From the human T2T-CHM13v2.0 reference genome, Homo sapiens: a DNA stretch of 64,000 bases. The stretch lies in the NCBI RefSeq assembly GCF_009914755.1, contig NC_060946.1, one strand, 5' to 3'. The position numbers and the translations under genes are program-made. Below, piece by piece: positions 14,768-29,476 of the stretch. Position 1 is the first letter of the stretch, and the number at the start of each line of letters is the position of its first letter. The notes under the pieces are model-generated. The model did not search any database, was not told the origin of the DNA, and worked only from the letters and a program-made list of their open reading frames with translations.

Positions 14768-16065
14768 GTACAGCATGCGCTCCGAGTCTGCAAACCTGGT
14801 CTTCCAGGCGTAGATACGGCGCGGTGGGAAGGGCAGCTCTGGGGTCTGGGCTCCCGCAGTCCTGCGCCCTCTGTGGCTGCCTGGGCGACTGCCTGCTCAT
14901 CTGCAGGAGGGAGGTGGTTATACCCACCAGGGTGTCTGGACAGGTGGGATGGAAGGTGAAAGTGCTTGCCAATAATGTTCAGAACATTGAAAAAGTTGAC
15001 AGTAGTGCACCGGTGCCAGCTAGTTCAGCTGTTAGGAAAGATTTACGTTCTTATGGTGCAGAGTAAACGATGGCAGATTTGGGTTTCTAAAAAGGCTCAG
15101 TGCATGACTATTTAAAATCAAGACCAGGGATGAATTTCAGGTTCTCACATGTACTTTCTACAAAAAAAAAAAAAAAAAAAAAAAAAGCAAAAACAAAAAT
15201 CCCACAACTGTTTTTGCACAACAGCTGCCTTCCATCCAAATCCAGGCTTCCTTGAAGTTCAAAGCATATCCCCTTCCACTGCATAAACACATGGCATTTC
15301 TGGCTGCCAGCCTTTCCCCGCCAAGCCTTAGGTGTTATTTGGCAGATGGGGAGGCTCTGATGAGGATCGTTTAGAACACAGTTTTGCAGAGGGTTTCAAG
15401 CCTTTCAGAAGGACAAATCCACTTGTGTAAAAATGTCACTCACTGTATCATGAGAGTGACTTCAAAGCATGGCACACCCCTTCTGACATCTGAGGGCCAC
15501 AGAGCAAATTCTGTCCTCCCCACCCCCGCACACCAGCTGGGTGGTTTGGACCCCTAGAGCCCAGTGGCTGAGCCAGCTGAGTATACACATTTGACCATTT
15601 GACAGCCATGAACTTCAAGGGAAGGGCAGCCCATCACATCCCATCATGACTGTAACCCTTGTTAATATCTGGATTATTGTGAAGACTTCAGAATGGATAT
15701 GTTTATAGAGACTGTGTTTGTTGCCACTAAGATAATTGCTTTATGATCTAAACTAAACATACACTTAGCCTGAATGAATACTAATATATATATACCTGCC
15801 AGGAAAATGCCAGGGTGATTTATTATAACAGACAGTTTGCCTCATAAGAGCCTTGGGAAAAAAAGTCAGCTTTTTAAGTCTTTAGCAACTGGAGCACGAT
15901 TTGGCTCAGTGAAGTCTTTTTTGTGTATGATTTCTCTATTAGAATGTTTTGGGTTATAGTCTGAGTAATGCGCATTAGAAAAAAGCTTTCTTGTGATTTT
16001 AAAGTGTTGTAAGATGCTTCTGGCAGGACTCTTGCTAACAATTTCCTTTTTTTATGATGTACCAG

Positions 16066-16203
16066 ATATTGACGAGTGTGAGAGTGGTATTCATAACTGC
16101 CTCCCCGATTTTATCTGTCAGAATACTCTGGGATCCTTCCGCTGCCGACCCAAGCTACAGTGCAAGAGTGGCTTTATACAAGATGCTCTAGGCAACTGTA
16201 TTG
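16066..16203 (+). CDS. FBLN1: Fibulin-1 exon 8 (cbEGF)
   Basis: accag|AT, G|gtaaga; 138 bp; [12 protein letters not shown]...LGNCI. Confidence 0.98.
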
Positions 16204-16306
16204 GTAAGAGGTGTGCCGCCAGGATTAGCGGGTTATTCCAGGAGGGGTCAGCGACCTAGCCTTGGGGCAGGCCTCTAGAATCTGCGGGGCCGCATGGTAT
16301 ACAGAA

Positions 16307-16536
16307 CAGGGGTTGGCAAACTTTTTGTGTAAAGGGCTGGACAGCAAATAGAGCAAATACTTTAGCCGTTGTGGGCCATATGGTCTCTGTCATAATAGTC
16401 AACTCTGCTGTTATAGTCTAAAGCGGCCAAGGGCCATCTGTAAACAAATGGGTGTGGCTGTGTTCCAATAAAACTTTATTTACAAAAATAGGCAGTAGGC
16501 TGGATTTGGCCCAAGGACCACAGTTTGCTGATCTGG
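16307..16536 (+). mobile_element. MER58A-like hAT DNA transposon (MITE)
   Basis: caggggttggcaaact...ggctgtgttccaataaaactttatttacaaaaataggc...agtttgctgatc. Confidence 0.8.
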
Positions 16537-16756
16537 GTTTAGATTAAAGAGCTTGGGTTTTGGAGTTAGAGTGACCCAAGAAAATTACTTCTGAGCTTTA
16601 ATTTTTTCCTCTATAAAATGGGAGTAATCATAATACCTGGCTTAGAGACTTGAGGCCAGGATTAGGCGAGTACTTGCGAAGTACTGGTACACAGGAAGCA
16701 CTCGGTGAGTGGTGATTCCCTGCCACAGGCATTTAGCCTATTAAAAAATTATTTTA

Positions 16757-17070
<314 letters not shown>

Positions 17071-17084
17071 AGTCTGTGTTAGTA

Positions 17085-17345
17085 TTTGAATTCATAGAGA
17101 CAGAAAGTAGAATGGAAGGTGCCGGGGCTGGGCAGGGTGGGGGATGGGGAGTGAGTGTTTCCTGGGCGCAGAGTTTCAGTTTGAGAAGATGAAAAAGTTC
17201 TGGAGATGGATGGGGGTGATGGTGGCACGACAGTGTGAATGCAGTAATGCCCCTGAACCGTCTACTTAAAATGGTTACGATGGCAGATTTTGTGTTACAT
17301 AAAATTTGTAGTTCACATGTAGTTCACCACAATGAGAAAAGAAAC
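17085..17345 (+). mobile_element. L1MB-type 3' end fragment
   Basis: ttcatagagacagaaagtagaatgg...gagtttcagtttgagaagatgaaaaagttctggagatggatgg. Confidence 0.75.
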
Positions 17346-17348
17346 TCT

Positions 17349-17672
<324 letters not shown>

Positions 17673-18202
17673 CTAATATGAAAAGAGAGAATCCCATGTG
17701 AACTTAGTATGAATTTAGGAGGCCTGGGCAAGACCGCTCACGCTAGAGGAGCTGTGTGGGGTGCGGCCGGGGAGCTGGCCGGCCTGGGTTACTGGTTCTG
17801 GAAAGACAGGAGGTGAGTCCTGCTTTCCCCAGCCGTTGTCAGGTTAACTGCCTGGCTAGGCCGCTGCAGTCAGCGCTTAAGTCCTGATCCACCGGCTCTC
17901 CCTCGGCCTCTGCTTGGCAGACGCCCCTGGGTCCTGCCTTTGAGGTCAGAGAGACTTTTTAGGAGAAGAGGTGAGGAATCCGAGCTACAGATCACACTAG
18001 TCAGAACCTCCCCACCTGGGGTGGCCCCATCACCTCTCCCCTGCCATGAGCAAGGGGGTATACATTTCCATCTTGCTTCGATTTCAACTTTTCCTTAGCG
18101 AAATCTGTATTGATCATTTATTTGAAATAGTGGTTTGGAGAGAGAGCTCTTCCCCCACTGCATTATTTTTAACCACTGAGATATTTAAAGATAAGTGGAT
18201 GT

Positions 18203-18572
<370 letters not shown>

Positions 18573-19889
18573 TTACAGCTTCCCTGTCATCCCCTGGGGG
18601 AGACTTCTGAGCTGGGGCGCTGTGGCTCAGCTGCCAGTTGGCCCCTCGCCAGTCCCTTGCCAGCAGGGAGGGGTGGTTTTCGCTCAGCGCAGGGGGTGGT
18701 GAGCAGGGAAGCCATGGGCTCTCCGGGACCAGCGGGGAGGATAGTCCTGCTCAGACTTGCAGCCTGCTCAAAGGGGGGTCCGGAGGAGGCTGGCGTCGAC
18801 TGAGGATGGAAACCCTGACTCATGGCAAAATCAGCCCCGATTTCCACAAAGAGGCAATGTTTGCAAGTCTCAACCTAGCCCTGACTTTCCTCTCTACAGG
18901 GTGCAGCACTGTGTATGGGCTGAGGCTCGGGAGCCGTCCCCTTACTGTCCTTCCAGGACTGGCAAGCAGGCTGTGGGCTGAAGGCCAGCCTGGCGGCACT
19001 GAGCTGTTCCGTGCCATCTCCCTGGGTCCTCAGTGACAGCATCGAAAGCCAAATGTTCAGCTCCCTCAGGGTCCCCTTAGCTTGGGATGCTGGGATGAGG
19101 ATGGGGTTCCCCTTTTCATGTGCTCTCAATCCTTGCAATCAAGCTCAGGAATCATTGTTTTAAAAGATCTCTATTTATTTCAAAAATTATGTATGTCTTG
19201 ACTTATAAATCAGCAAACAAAACCTAAGTGTAGGAAGTAAACGCTCCTCCCCTGGCCAATCCTGCCCGCCTCTTGGCAGGGTCCATGAGCCCTTCTGGGC
19301 TCTGCTCCCTTGAGACTTTTTGTTTTTTTATGAAAATGGGATCAGACTGTTCTGCCACTTGCTTTTCCCCCCCACTTGACAGGGTATTTAGAAATCATTT
19401 CATGGCAGCACCTTTATGTTATCTTTTTAAAAATGACTGCATCAGCAGAAATACGTCTTTCTAAGGAGAAAATACATCAAGATAGAAGGTAGTTTCAGGC
19501 CGTCTGGGAGAGGGCTGAAAAGGTTCTATGTCAGGTCCTGGTCCCCCAGCACGCACCCTGGGTCCTCTGCTCCCACACCTCTGCCCATGGTACCCGCTCC
19601 CTCACCCAGGAACAGCATGGTCCGTGGTGGGAAGCGTTGATTTCCTTGTGTAGCCAGAATCCATCTTCCTGGAGCTCCTAGAACCATCCTGGGGCCCCAA
19701 GAGCCCATCCGAGCCTCCTGCCTGTAGCAGAAGAGCTCTTCCTGCAGAGCTAGTACAAGGGATGGGTCAGGGTCCCAGAAAGTGGAGGTCTCTGCCCCTA
19801 TCATGCATGGAGAATTTTCTAGAACCTTAAGGTTGGGTCACCGAGGGCTTTGAGACCAGCATGGCTTTGTCGGGTTTTCTTTGCTCTTT

Positions 19890-20060
19890 TCTTCAAATTC
19901 CCTCCTCCTGCTGCTGTATTCCTTTCTCCTTCTCCTCCTCCTCTTCCCCCTCCCATCCTCCCCCTCCCTCCTCCTCTTCCCCTCCACCTCCCCTCCCACT
20001 TCCCTCCTCCCCCTCCTTCCCTTCCCCTTCTCTCCCTCCCCGCCTCCCCCTTTCCCTCCT
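19890..20060. repeat. CT-rich low-complexity tract
   Basis: Pyrimidine-rich tract fused to the tail of an antisense Alu. Confidence 0.9.
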
Positions 20061-20363
20061 TCTTTTCTTCTTTTTTTTTTTTTTTTGAGACAGTCTCACT
20101 GTCACCCAGGCTGGAGTGCAGTGGTGCAATCTTGGCTCACTGCAACCTCCACCCTGCTGGGTTCAAGCAGTTCTCCTGTCTCAGCCTCCCAAGTAGCTGG
20201 GATTACAGGTGCCCACAACCATGCCTGGCTAATTTTTGTATTTTCAGTAGAGATGGGGTTTTGCCGTGTTGGCCAGGTTGGTCTCGAGCTCTTGATCTCA
20301 GGTGATCCACCCCTCGGCTTCCCAAAGTGCTGGGATTGCAGGCGTGAGCCACCACGCCCAGCC
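20060..20363 (-). mobile_element. Alu
   Basis: Antisense dimer. Confidence 0.95.
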
Positions 20364-20801
20364 TCTTCCTTTCTTCTTGAGTGGGGAGGAAGGAATGGGC
20401 CAGGGCTTCCCACGTGCCCTGGCTGACCTTGCCTGGGGATGTCGGCAGGTCCTGGGGCAGGAAGGGGTTCCACTGAATCTAGGAAGCACTGGGTGAAGCC
20501 AAGTGAACGGGGACCTTGGTAGCTTGGGCTTTTCCCATGTGAATCCCTGAGAGGGAGAGATCGGGTGCCCTGTTCCCAAACTCACCCTATGCTTTACATT
20601 GATTTGCTGTCTGTTTATTCATTCCCATTCATTCATTCATTGATAGCCAGGTCTTACCCCTGTGGAGTGCACGATGTTCTGAGGGACACTGTTGTTCTGT
20701 GGAACAGAGTTTGGGGAATCTAGTCTGAGTGAGGAACCTGCAGCGCCAGTGGGAAGGCAGCCACCGCTCTGCTAAACGCTGCATTTATTCGTGTTACAGG
20801 G

Positions 20802-21012
20802 CAGGGGCCACCCAGCTGTTTCTCTAAAGGGCTAGATGGTAACTAACAACTTCAGTCTCTGTGGCAACCACTCAACTCTGCCTTTTGCAGTGTAAAAGCA
20901 CCCCTGAGCAATGCATAACAGAGTGGGCCTGGTTGCACGCTAATAAAACTTTATTTACAAAAGCAGGTGTAAGCCGGGTTTGAACCAAGGGCCATCATTT
21001 GCTGGCCACTGA
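20802..21012 (+). mobile_element. MER58A-like element
   Basis: ctcaactctgcc...aataaaactttatttacaaaagcagg...tttgctggccactg. Confidence 0.7.
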
Positions 21013-22093
21013 TTTAAGGGAGCTGGAAAGCAGGAGACCCTGATTCTAGACCTAGGCCCTGGTTGGCCCCTGACTTCAGCCATGAGCCCAGAGTCATTCA
21101 GTCTCTGGACCTTGGTTTCCTGTTTATAAAGTGCAGGCAGTAATGATAGTGATACCTGCCTCACCTCACTTGCAGGCTGGCTGTGGTGCTCGAGAGCGGT
21201 CATGGATGTAAAAGCTTTTGTAAACTGTAAATTGCTGCACGGTCAGCGCGAAGGGCTGACTCATTTGACTGAGGAGGGTGGACTTGGCTGGCAGGGAGAG
21301 GGGTACAGCTGTCCTCCTTTCTGACTTACGCTCAAGGGTCTTCCACCATCACTCCCTCTCTTTGTTCCCCCATACCAGATGCTTTGTAAGTGTCTGAGCA
21401 AGGTTCTCCAAGGTGATGTTTAGATGCTTAGGTCCTTTTCCACTCCCTCTATCAGGAAGTGCAATCTGTGTATTCTTCCTCCGAATTTGAGCAGAAGGAG
21501 GGTATCCCTGTGTAGCATGGCCCTCCTGGACCATTCATGGGTTCACACTTGCTCATTGTATGTCATCAAAGGTAAATGCCCCACGGTCCCCATGTCAGAG
21601 ATGTGTCCACTCAAGGAAGGAGACTGCCGTGCAGTGAGCTCAGGGAGCCATGGCACCTCCCGGGTGGGCCTGGCTCAGCATAGGCCCTGTGAAGCCCAGT
21701 CATCGGAGGGGCCTAGAGCCTTGCTGGGAGTCAGAGTTGCTGGCACCACGTGGACAGTCACCTGTCTCCTTAATACCGTGCCCAGTGTGTGGAGTAGATG
21801 AATGCAGGAGAAGCCAGGCAGGCAGGTCCCGATTTGGCGCAGCGAACGATGGAGGTGCTGGAGATTTAGGGACAGGAAGAAGGGCCAGAGAGGTGGTGTT
21901 TGAGGCGGTATGCAGTGATAAAATTTGGGAGCCAGCTGGGAGGCGGCTGTGTGGTCCAGAGTGAGGGGGTTGAGCCCCTCCATTTGTGGTTTTGCAAAGA
22001 GGTGGGAAGGGGAGTTTCTTTGGAGATCCAGTTTTTGGGTTCTGGAACACCCTCCAGGTTTAACCACATGGTCTCTGTCTTTTCCCGCTGTAG

Positions 22094-22237
22094 ATATCAA
22101 TGAGTGTTTGAGTATCAGTGCCCCGTGCCCTATTGGGCATACATGCATCAACACAGAGGGCTCCTACACGTGCCAGAAGAACGTGCCCAACTGTGGCCGT
22201 GGCTACCATCTCAACGAGGAGGGAACGCGCTGTGTTG
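22094..22237 (+). CDS. FBLN1: Fibulin-1 exon 9 (cbEGF)
   Basis: ctgtag|AT, G|gttggt; 144 bp; [12 protein letters not shown]...EGTRCV. Confidence 0.97.
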
Positions 22238-23019
22238 GTTGGTATTAAGAAAACAAATCTGAAATCCACTTTCCTGTCTGCTTCCAGCATGCACCCTGCC
22301 TTCTCTGGAAGCAGAAAGTTGATCCCCAAAGCAAAGCCATTTCTATCAGCCCATCCATCCCATTGTCAATTCCCAAGCATGGGGCTTCATTGTCTTGCCT
22401 GGACTGGTGCACCAGCCCGTCTACTGCCTCAGCCTTGTCTGGCTTGTCCTGAGCCCAAAGCTCTCGCACCCCACCCTGTTTACAGTTCCATCAGCTCCCC
22501 GTTGGTGACAAAGGATGGATGCCTCTGCTTACAGTCCAGTCCCCCAGAGCTGGCCCAACTCCACAAACCTTGTAATTCAGGCAATGTGGGTCTGCCACTC
22601 CCCACACAAGCACTGTCCTTTCCTCTCTGTGTGGGTGTTTGCTCTCACGTCATTCCCTCTGCCCACCTGCTCCTACGTTCCTTTGGATCCAGGGCACCCA
22701 GCCTGCCTAGATCCCGCCAGGGAAGGAGCCTTCCTCGCATAACCCCCAGGACACTTCTTCAGTGTCTCCCTGGGTTCCTGGGCACTTCCTACCTTAATGA
22801 GAGTCATTGCTGGCCTGCCAGCCAGGTAGGGCTGCCTCTGGGTCAGCTATCTTCCCAGTCCAGGGCCCGGCACTCAGTAGGTGCTCTGTGAAGTCGTGTT
22901 GAAATGGAATGCCTGTTTCCATGTCCATGTGTTCCTTTCTTGCTTTCCTTTCTGATCATCTTGGGGGGAAAAAACCCAAACTAAAGGTTTTCATCATGGC
23001 TTTCTTTCTCCTTTGCAAG

Positions 23020-23148
23020 ATGTGGACGAGTGCGCGCCACCTGCTGAGCCCTGTGGGAAGGGACATCGCTGCGTGAACTCTCCCGGCAGTTTCCGCTGCG
23101 AATGCAAGACGGGTTACTATTTTGACGGCATCAGCAGGATGTGTGTCG
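23020..23148 (+). CDS. FBLN1: Fibulin-1 exon 10 (cbEGF)
   Basis: ctttgcaag|AT (AAG acceptor), G|gtgcgt; 129 bp; [12 protein letters not shown]...SRMCV. Confidence 0.97.
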
Positions 23149-23849
23149 GTGCGTGGGGGGCCCCGCAGGCCTCGGGGGAACCCAGCCACGTGGCACCAGG
23201 GACACATTTCTGTGGCACCTCGAGTGATGTGGTCTGATCCTCATCTCAGATAATCCCAAGTGCAGGCAGACCCTGAGAGAAGATCCTGAGTCAGGAGACC
23301 CCATTCTAGCCCCAGCTCTGCTGCTGCCCAGCCAGGCGGCCACTGGCACCACCCCCCTGTGTGTGAGCCTGCTCCCCATCTGTGGAAAGGGGTTCTGCTT
23401 GACCCAGGACCTCCAAGTGCTGATGAGCCAGGTCTACACATGTGGGCAGCATCAGCGATTTCCTGGAGATTCACCGCTGAGCTGTAGATCCCCAGGAGCT
23501 AGAGATGTGTGCCTTTAGCCCAGGGCAGCGAGGGGAAAAGTTGACCAGGAGTGGGGTCAGGTCTTGTCTAGCCAGTGCCTGCTGTCACCAAACCTAGGTG
23601 CTCAGGGAAGCCTGGCAGCTGCCAACCACTCCCCCAAAGTGGGCACTTTGCTAGATCCTGGCAGACCCTCCTTGTGGGTCCTGGGGAGGAGGACTGGCAG
23701 GAGGGCACAAGTTCAGATGTGCTGCCGCAGAAGGAGCACGAGGCTCGCCCACCAGGCAGGCACAGCGCGGCAGTCCCGGCTCTCCCACTGACTTCCCGCA
23801 TGCTCGGGACAAGTCACTTTGCATTCCTTGTCTGAGAAATGAGGCTGGA

Positions 23850-24150
23850 GGCCAGGCGCGATGGCTCATGCCTGTAATCCCAGCACTTTGGGAGGCTAAG
23901 GCAGGTGAATCACTTGAGGTCAGGAGTTTGAGACCAGCCTGGCCAACATGACGAAACCTCATCTCTACAAAAAATACAAAAATTAGCCGGGCGTGGTGGC
24001 ACATGCCTGTAATCCCTGTTACTTGGGAGGCTGAGGCAGGAGAATCACTTGAACTGGGAGGCGGAGGTTGCAGTGAGCTGAGATCATGCCACTGCAATCC
24101 AGCCTAGGAGACAGAGCGAGACTCCATCTCAAAGATGAAGGAAAAAAAAG
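23850..24150 (+). mobile_element. Alu
   Basis: Dimer; TSD agaaatgaggctgga. Confidence 0.95.
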
Positions 24151-24265
24151 AAATGAGGCTGGAGGAGGTGGAGGACAAAGGACATGAGCTGGCCTTACTA
24201 GGAGGGTGGAGTGTGGTGCCACTGTGTTGGACATTGCCCTGAGTCAGCCCACCCCTCACTTTCAG

Positions 24266-24391
24266 ATGTCAACGAGTGCCAGCGCTACCCCGGGCGCCTG
24301 TGTGGCCACAAGTGCGAGAACACGCTGGGCTCCTACCTCTGCAGCTGTTCCGTGGGCTTCCGGCTCTCTGTGGATGGCAGGTCATGTGAAG
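24266..24391 (+). CDS. FBLN1: Fibulin-1 exon 11 (cbEGF)
   Basis: tttcag|AT, G|gtgagg; 126 bp; [13 protein letters not shown]...DGRSCE. Confidence 0.98.
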
Positions 24392-24891
24392 GTGAGGCTG
24401 GGGCCCCGTCCACTCACCTCCCCCAGGTCACCTTCCTCCTGGGGAAGCCACCCTTCTGCAGACCGGTTTGCAGCAGATCCGCGATGGTTTCCCTGTTAAA
24501 TGACATGTTAGCAGGGGAAGTGCCTGTAAAATATTGTTCATCAGAGAGGACTGCCCGCCTGCCCACCCGATTTCTCCTGATGACATCCACCCTCCGAGGC
24601 CGTGTCGGGGTTCATAGGCTGCGGCAGAGGCCATGCGGGATGTGGCTAGGATTATGGGGCTTGGAGCATGACACCCACGAGTCACAGGGCCTTGGTTATG
24701 CCCGACCTCTCCCTGCCTCCGTGTCCTCCCCGGGGAGAGGGGTTGATGTGTGAAACAGCAGCGAAAACTGGACACTTGTTTTGCACAAAGACAGTGTGTG
24801 GGTTTTAATCAGATGCTGCCTAGGGGAGACAGGCCTCTGTGTCCATTGATCTCAAGTCACCCAAACAAAAGGAGGGAGGCTTTGTAAATGA

Positions 24892-25324
<433 letters not shown>

Positions 25325-26730
25325 TGACGACATTCCCCAGGCATGTCCCCAGCCCTTGAGAAAGACACTCCTTGGTTGCACATCTCAAAGGGACAGAGAA
25401 ACCGTTTACATTTGCAAGTTTTTCTAAAGTAGATGCTTCTAAGGAACATGGAGGTCAGCGCCTGTAGTCAGGTTTGGGCTGGAACCAAGAGAAAATTCTT
25501 TTGGCAGCATTGATCTTTCTCAGACAGGCATGTCAAGGGGGCTGGGTCTACATCCTGGATACCTGGTCTTGGGCCAATGGCAGCCACGCTGAAGTTGGGT
25601 CAGGTCTCTTGGTATGTGGGGGTTGGACAGAGTTGTTCCTGCCAACAGTCTTGTGGTTCTCAGATAACACCAACCTCCTGGGCTGATGGGAAGGTCACAT
25701 GAACTGCATGTCAGCCCAGGGCCTGGCACATACTAGGTGCTTGGCAGATGTCGTGTCTTGTATACGGATTAGGTTCTGAGCTGAGCAGACACTGAGAGCT
25801 TTGGATGGCCCTCCACAATCGTCCACATTGCCGATGACACCCTGTTTGGTGCCGTGCACTGGCTCACAGGACAGCTTCTGCAGCCTGACTCAAACATGGC
25901 AGGTCCTAACATTTTGCCGTGAGAATTTTCCTTCCTGATGAGATGGTCGCAGGGGTTGGATATGCCACAGTGAGCTGTGGTGTGCATGATTCTCAAATCG
26001 GAGGACGGACGGTGTGAGGGGTCCTGGGCTTAGTTCACAAGAACGTGTATGGACAAGGAACAAGATTCACGAGTTGAGTCTCTCAGGCTTGTGTTCAAAC
26101 CTGACTTCTGCCATTTCCATGGCCTTGAAGAAGTAACTCAGTCTTTCCTGGGCCATGGTGTCCTCATCTGTAAAACGGGCATAGTAGGACCAACCCCATA
26201 GGGGGTTGTGAGGATGAAACGAGATTAAGCATGTGAAGAGCTTATCACAGGGCCAAGCACAGGATGAAGAGCTGGCGGTGTGGAGGCTGCTGGCTTTATT
26301 ATTATTTAGTAGAAGTAGTGGGATTCCTGGCTTGTGCTTCCTCTAGTCATTCATAAATTGCTGAAAAGTCGGCATTCATATCCACATTAGTGGACAATAT
26401 TGTGGATATAGAACCAGAGCCTGGCCAGCCTTGCTATGTGACCTTACTAACCATTTGTTAAGGTCCTGCCCCGGGTGTGTAGCAAGAACTCGGTCCTGCA
26501 CTGGGGAGTGTCTCTAGCGGGGGATGAGAGACCACACTGGACAGGTGGAGGCCAGGCCTGGTGTGTGGGGGCCACAGAGATGAAACACGGGGTGGAAGGC
26601 TATTGGACGTTCTGTGACAGCCACATAGTATAGATTTAAGGCTTTTCCAGCCACAATCTCTGTTGCAACCGCTGAACTCTGCTGTGGTAGCAGAGAAGTG
26701 GCCAGAGGACCATGGTAAAAGAATGAGTGT

Positions 26731-27055
26731 GGCAGGGCACAGTGGCTCACACCTGTAATCCCAGCACTTTGGGAGGCTGAGGCAGGTGGATTACTTGAGG
26801 TCAGGAGTTCGAGACCAGTATGGCCAACATCGTGAAACCCTGTGTCTACTAAAAATACAAAAATTAGCCGGGCATGGTGGTGCACACCTGTAATCCCCCA
26901 GCTACTCAGGAGGCTGAGGCAGGAGAACTGCTTGAATTCATGTCCACATTTAGTGGACAATAGCCTCCCGGAGGTGGAGATTGCAGTGAGCTGAGATTGA
27001 GCTACTTGTACTCCAGCCTGGGCGACAGACAAAGACTTTGTCTCAAAAAAAAAAA
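26731..27055 (+). mobile_element. Alu with an internal non-Alu insertion
   Basis: Dimer; extra sequence at 26936-26968. Confidence 0.95.
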
Positions 27056-27075
27056 GAGTGAATGTGGCTGTATTC

Positions 27076-27379
27076 TTTATTTTATTGTTATTATTATTTT
27101 GAGACGGAGTCTCGCTCTGTCGCCCAGGCTGGAGTGCAGTGGTGTGATCTTGGCTCACTGCAACCTCTGCCTCCTTGTTCAAGCAATTCTCCTGCTTCAG
27201 CCTCCCGAGAAGTTGTGACTACAGGTGCGTGCCACCATGCCTGGCTAATTCTTGTATTTTTAGTAGAGATGGGTTTCATCATGCTGGCCAGGCTGGTCTC
27301 GAACCCCTGACCTCGTGATCCGCCCACCTCGGCCTCCCGAAGTGCTGGAATTACAGGCATGAGCCACCATGCCTTGCCG
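27076..27379 (-). mobile_element. Alu
   Basis: Antisense dimer; TSD ggctgtrttct. Confidence 0.95.
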
Positions 27380-27949
27380 GGCTGTGTTCTAATAAAACTT
27401 TATTTATAAAAACAAGTGTTGGGACAAATTTGGCCCATAGACTATGATTTGCTGACCTCTGCTTTAGGTAAAGGGGACAGTTGAGCAGTAGTTCAGAGTT
27501 GCTGAGTGGCCCAGTGAGTTCTGTGCATTGGAGTATGAGGAGTACTGGCGTATGGGCTGGGTGGCCGAGGACTTCCTTGTGTGCCGTCATCTGTTTAGGA
27601 TGCCATCTTGGAGGTGAAGTGGAGAGCACAGGATCAGATTTCCATTTGAGAACTAGAATGGACTCTGGCAGCCAGGTCGGGGCAGACTTCCAGGGGCCAA
27701 GGCTGGAGGCTATCGCTGCCATCCTGGCAGGAGAAGTTGTGGTCGAAGCAGGCAGGAGCAGGGATGGAGGGTCCGGAGCCACCAGCGATGACGCCTCTCC
27801 CTCGGCCACACCCCCCGGGACCTCTGTCTCTCCGAGTGTGTTAACCTGAGGGAGGTGGAGAGGAGATTTTCTGTTCACTGACCCTGAGGGCTACTGTGGA
27901 GGCAGGGACGTATGATGCTCTGAGCGGTGACCCTCGTTTTGTATTTCAG

Positions 27950-28069
27950 ACATCAATGAGTGCAGCAGCAGCCCCTGTAGCCAGGAGTGTGCCAACGTCT
28001 ACGGCTCCTACCAGTGTTACTGCCGGCGAGGCTACCAGCTCAGCGATGTGGATGGAGTCACCTGTGAAG
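27950..28069 (+). CDS. FBLN1: Fibulin-1 exon 12 (cbEGF)
   Basis: tttcag|AC, G|gtgcgg; 120 bp; [40 protein letters not shown] (translated by hand, not in the ORF track). Confidence 0.97.
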
Positions 28070-28251
28070 GTGCGGACGCCCCTGCCTGCTGAGGGGGAAA
28101 GCACCCCCTGGTCTTGCCATGACACAGCAGCACGGCCTCTGACTTTCAAAATCCACAGGGAAGAGCCTGCTGGGATTTCTTCACCTGGCAAACCTTCCAT
28201 GTCCACCCTTGGAGGCAAGCGGGTGGTTTGCTGTTTTCCCTCCAACTGAGG

Positions 28252-28563
<312 letters not shown>

Positions 28564-28909
28564 CCCAACTGAAATTCTAATATACTTTTCCCATCCTTAA
28601 GCGTGAGGGTGGGAAGGCAGCAAACCACTCCTGACTTGTTCTTTAATAAATGTGCACGGCAGTAATTACAACATGCACTGGGACCTTGGGCCGCATATCT
28701 CAGGTCTTGGTGGTGGTGCATGGCTGAGAGGTAAGGAGGGGGCTCAGGGACCACCTATATCCCTGACTCAGAGCTCTAACTCTTCATCTGTAACATGATG
28801 ATTAACTTCAGCCTCACCAGATCATTGGAGGATTAAACTAGATGACAGCAATTACAGGCAATTAAGGGCAATTACGATGATTACCATTTTCATGTAAGGT
28901 GTGTGTGTA

Positions 28910-29213
28910 TTTTGTTTGCTTGTTTGTTTTTGAGACAGAGACAGCTCTGTCACCCAGGTTGGAGGGCAGTGGTACAAACACGGCTCACTGCAGCCTCCAT
29001 CTCCTGGGATCTAGCAATTCTCCCACCTCTGCCTCCTTGAGTAGCTGGGCCCACAGGCATGCACCAGTATGCCTGACTAACTTTTTTGATTTTTTGTAGA
29101 CACAGGGTCTCACTTTGTTGCCGAGGCTGGTCTCGAACTCCTGGGCTCAAGTAATCCTCCTGCCTCAGCCTCCCATGCCTGGGATTCCAGGCATGAGCCA
29201 GTGCACCCAGCTG
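28910..29213 (-). mobile_element. Alu (J-type)
   Basis: Antisense dimer. Confidence 0.93.
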
Positions 29214-29476
29214 AGGTGTGTTTCTTATTATTGAACTGTGGTCCATATTTCCCCCTGCCCGCCACATGCATACTTCACACCATGAACTTGCTGTGTGACC
29301 CTAGGCTAGTCCCATCGCCTCTCTGAGCACGATGGTCTCTGAGGCTTCCTGTGTTCAGCTTGTCCTGTGCTGCTGCCCTCCCGGGCCCCAGTGCAGCCCC
29401 CAGGGCGATGTAGCATGGCCAGCAGCCATGGCCAGGTGCCAGGACACTGAGGCTGAGGTGGGCTTTGCCGTTGCAG

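Larger units (their letters stand above)
26620..27461 (+). mobile_element. MER58A-like element interrupted by two Alus
   Basis: tctgttgcaaccgctgaactctgctgtgg...[Alu][Alu]...ggctgtgttctaataaaactttatttat...ttgctgacctctg. Confidence 0.7.

Noticed and set aside
19850-20426. Proline/serine/leucine-rich ORFs
   Set aside because: Low-complexity CT tract plus Alu
22118-22891. 257-aa + strand ORF overlapping exon 9
   Set aside because: Out of frame with FBLN1, non-ATG start, no recognisable domain; expected in GC-rich DNA
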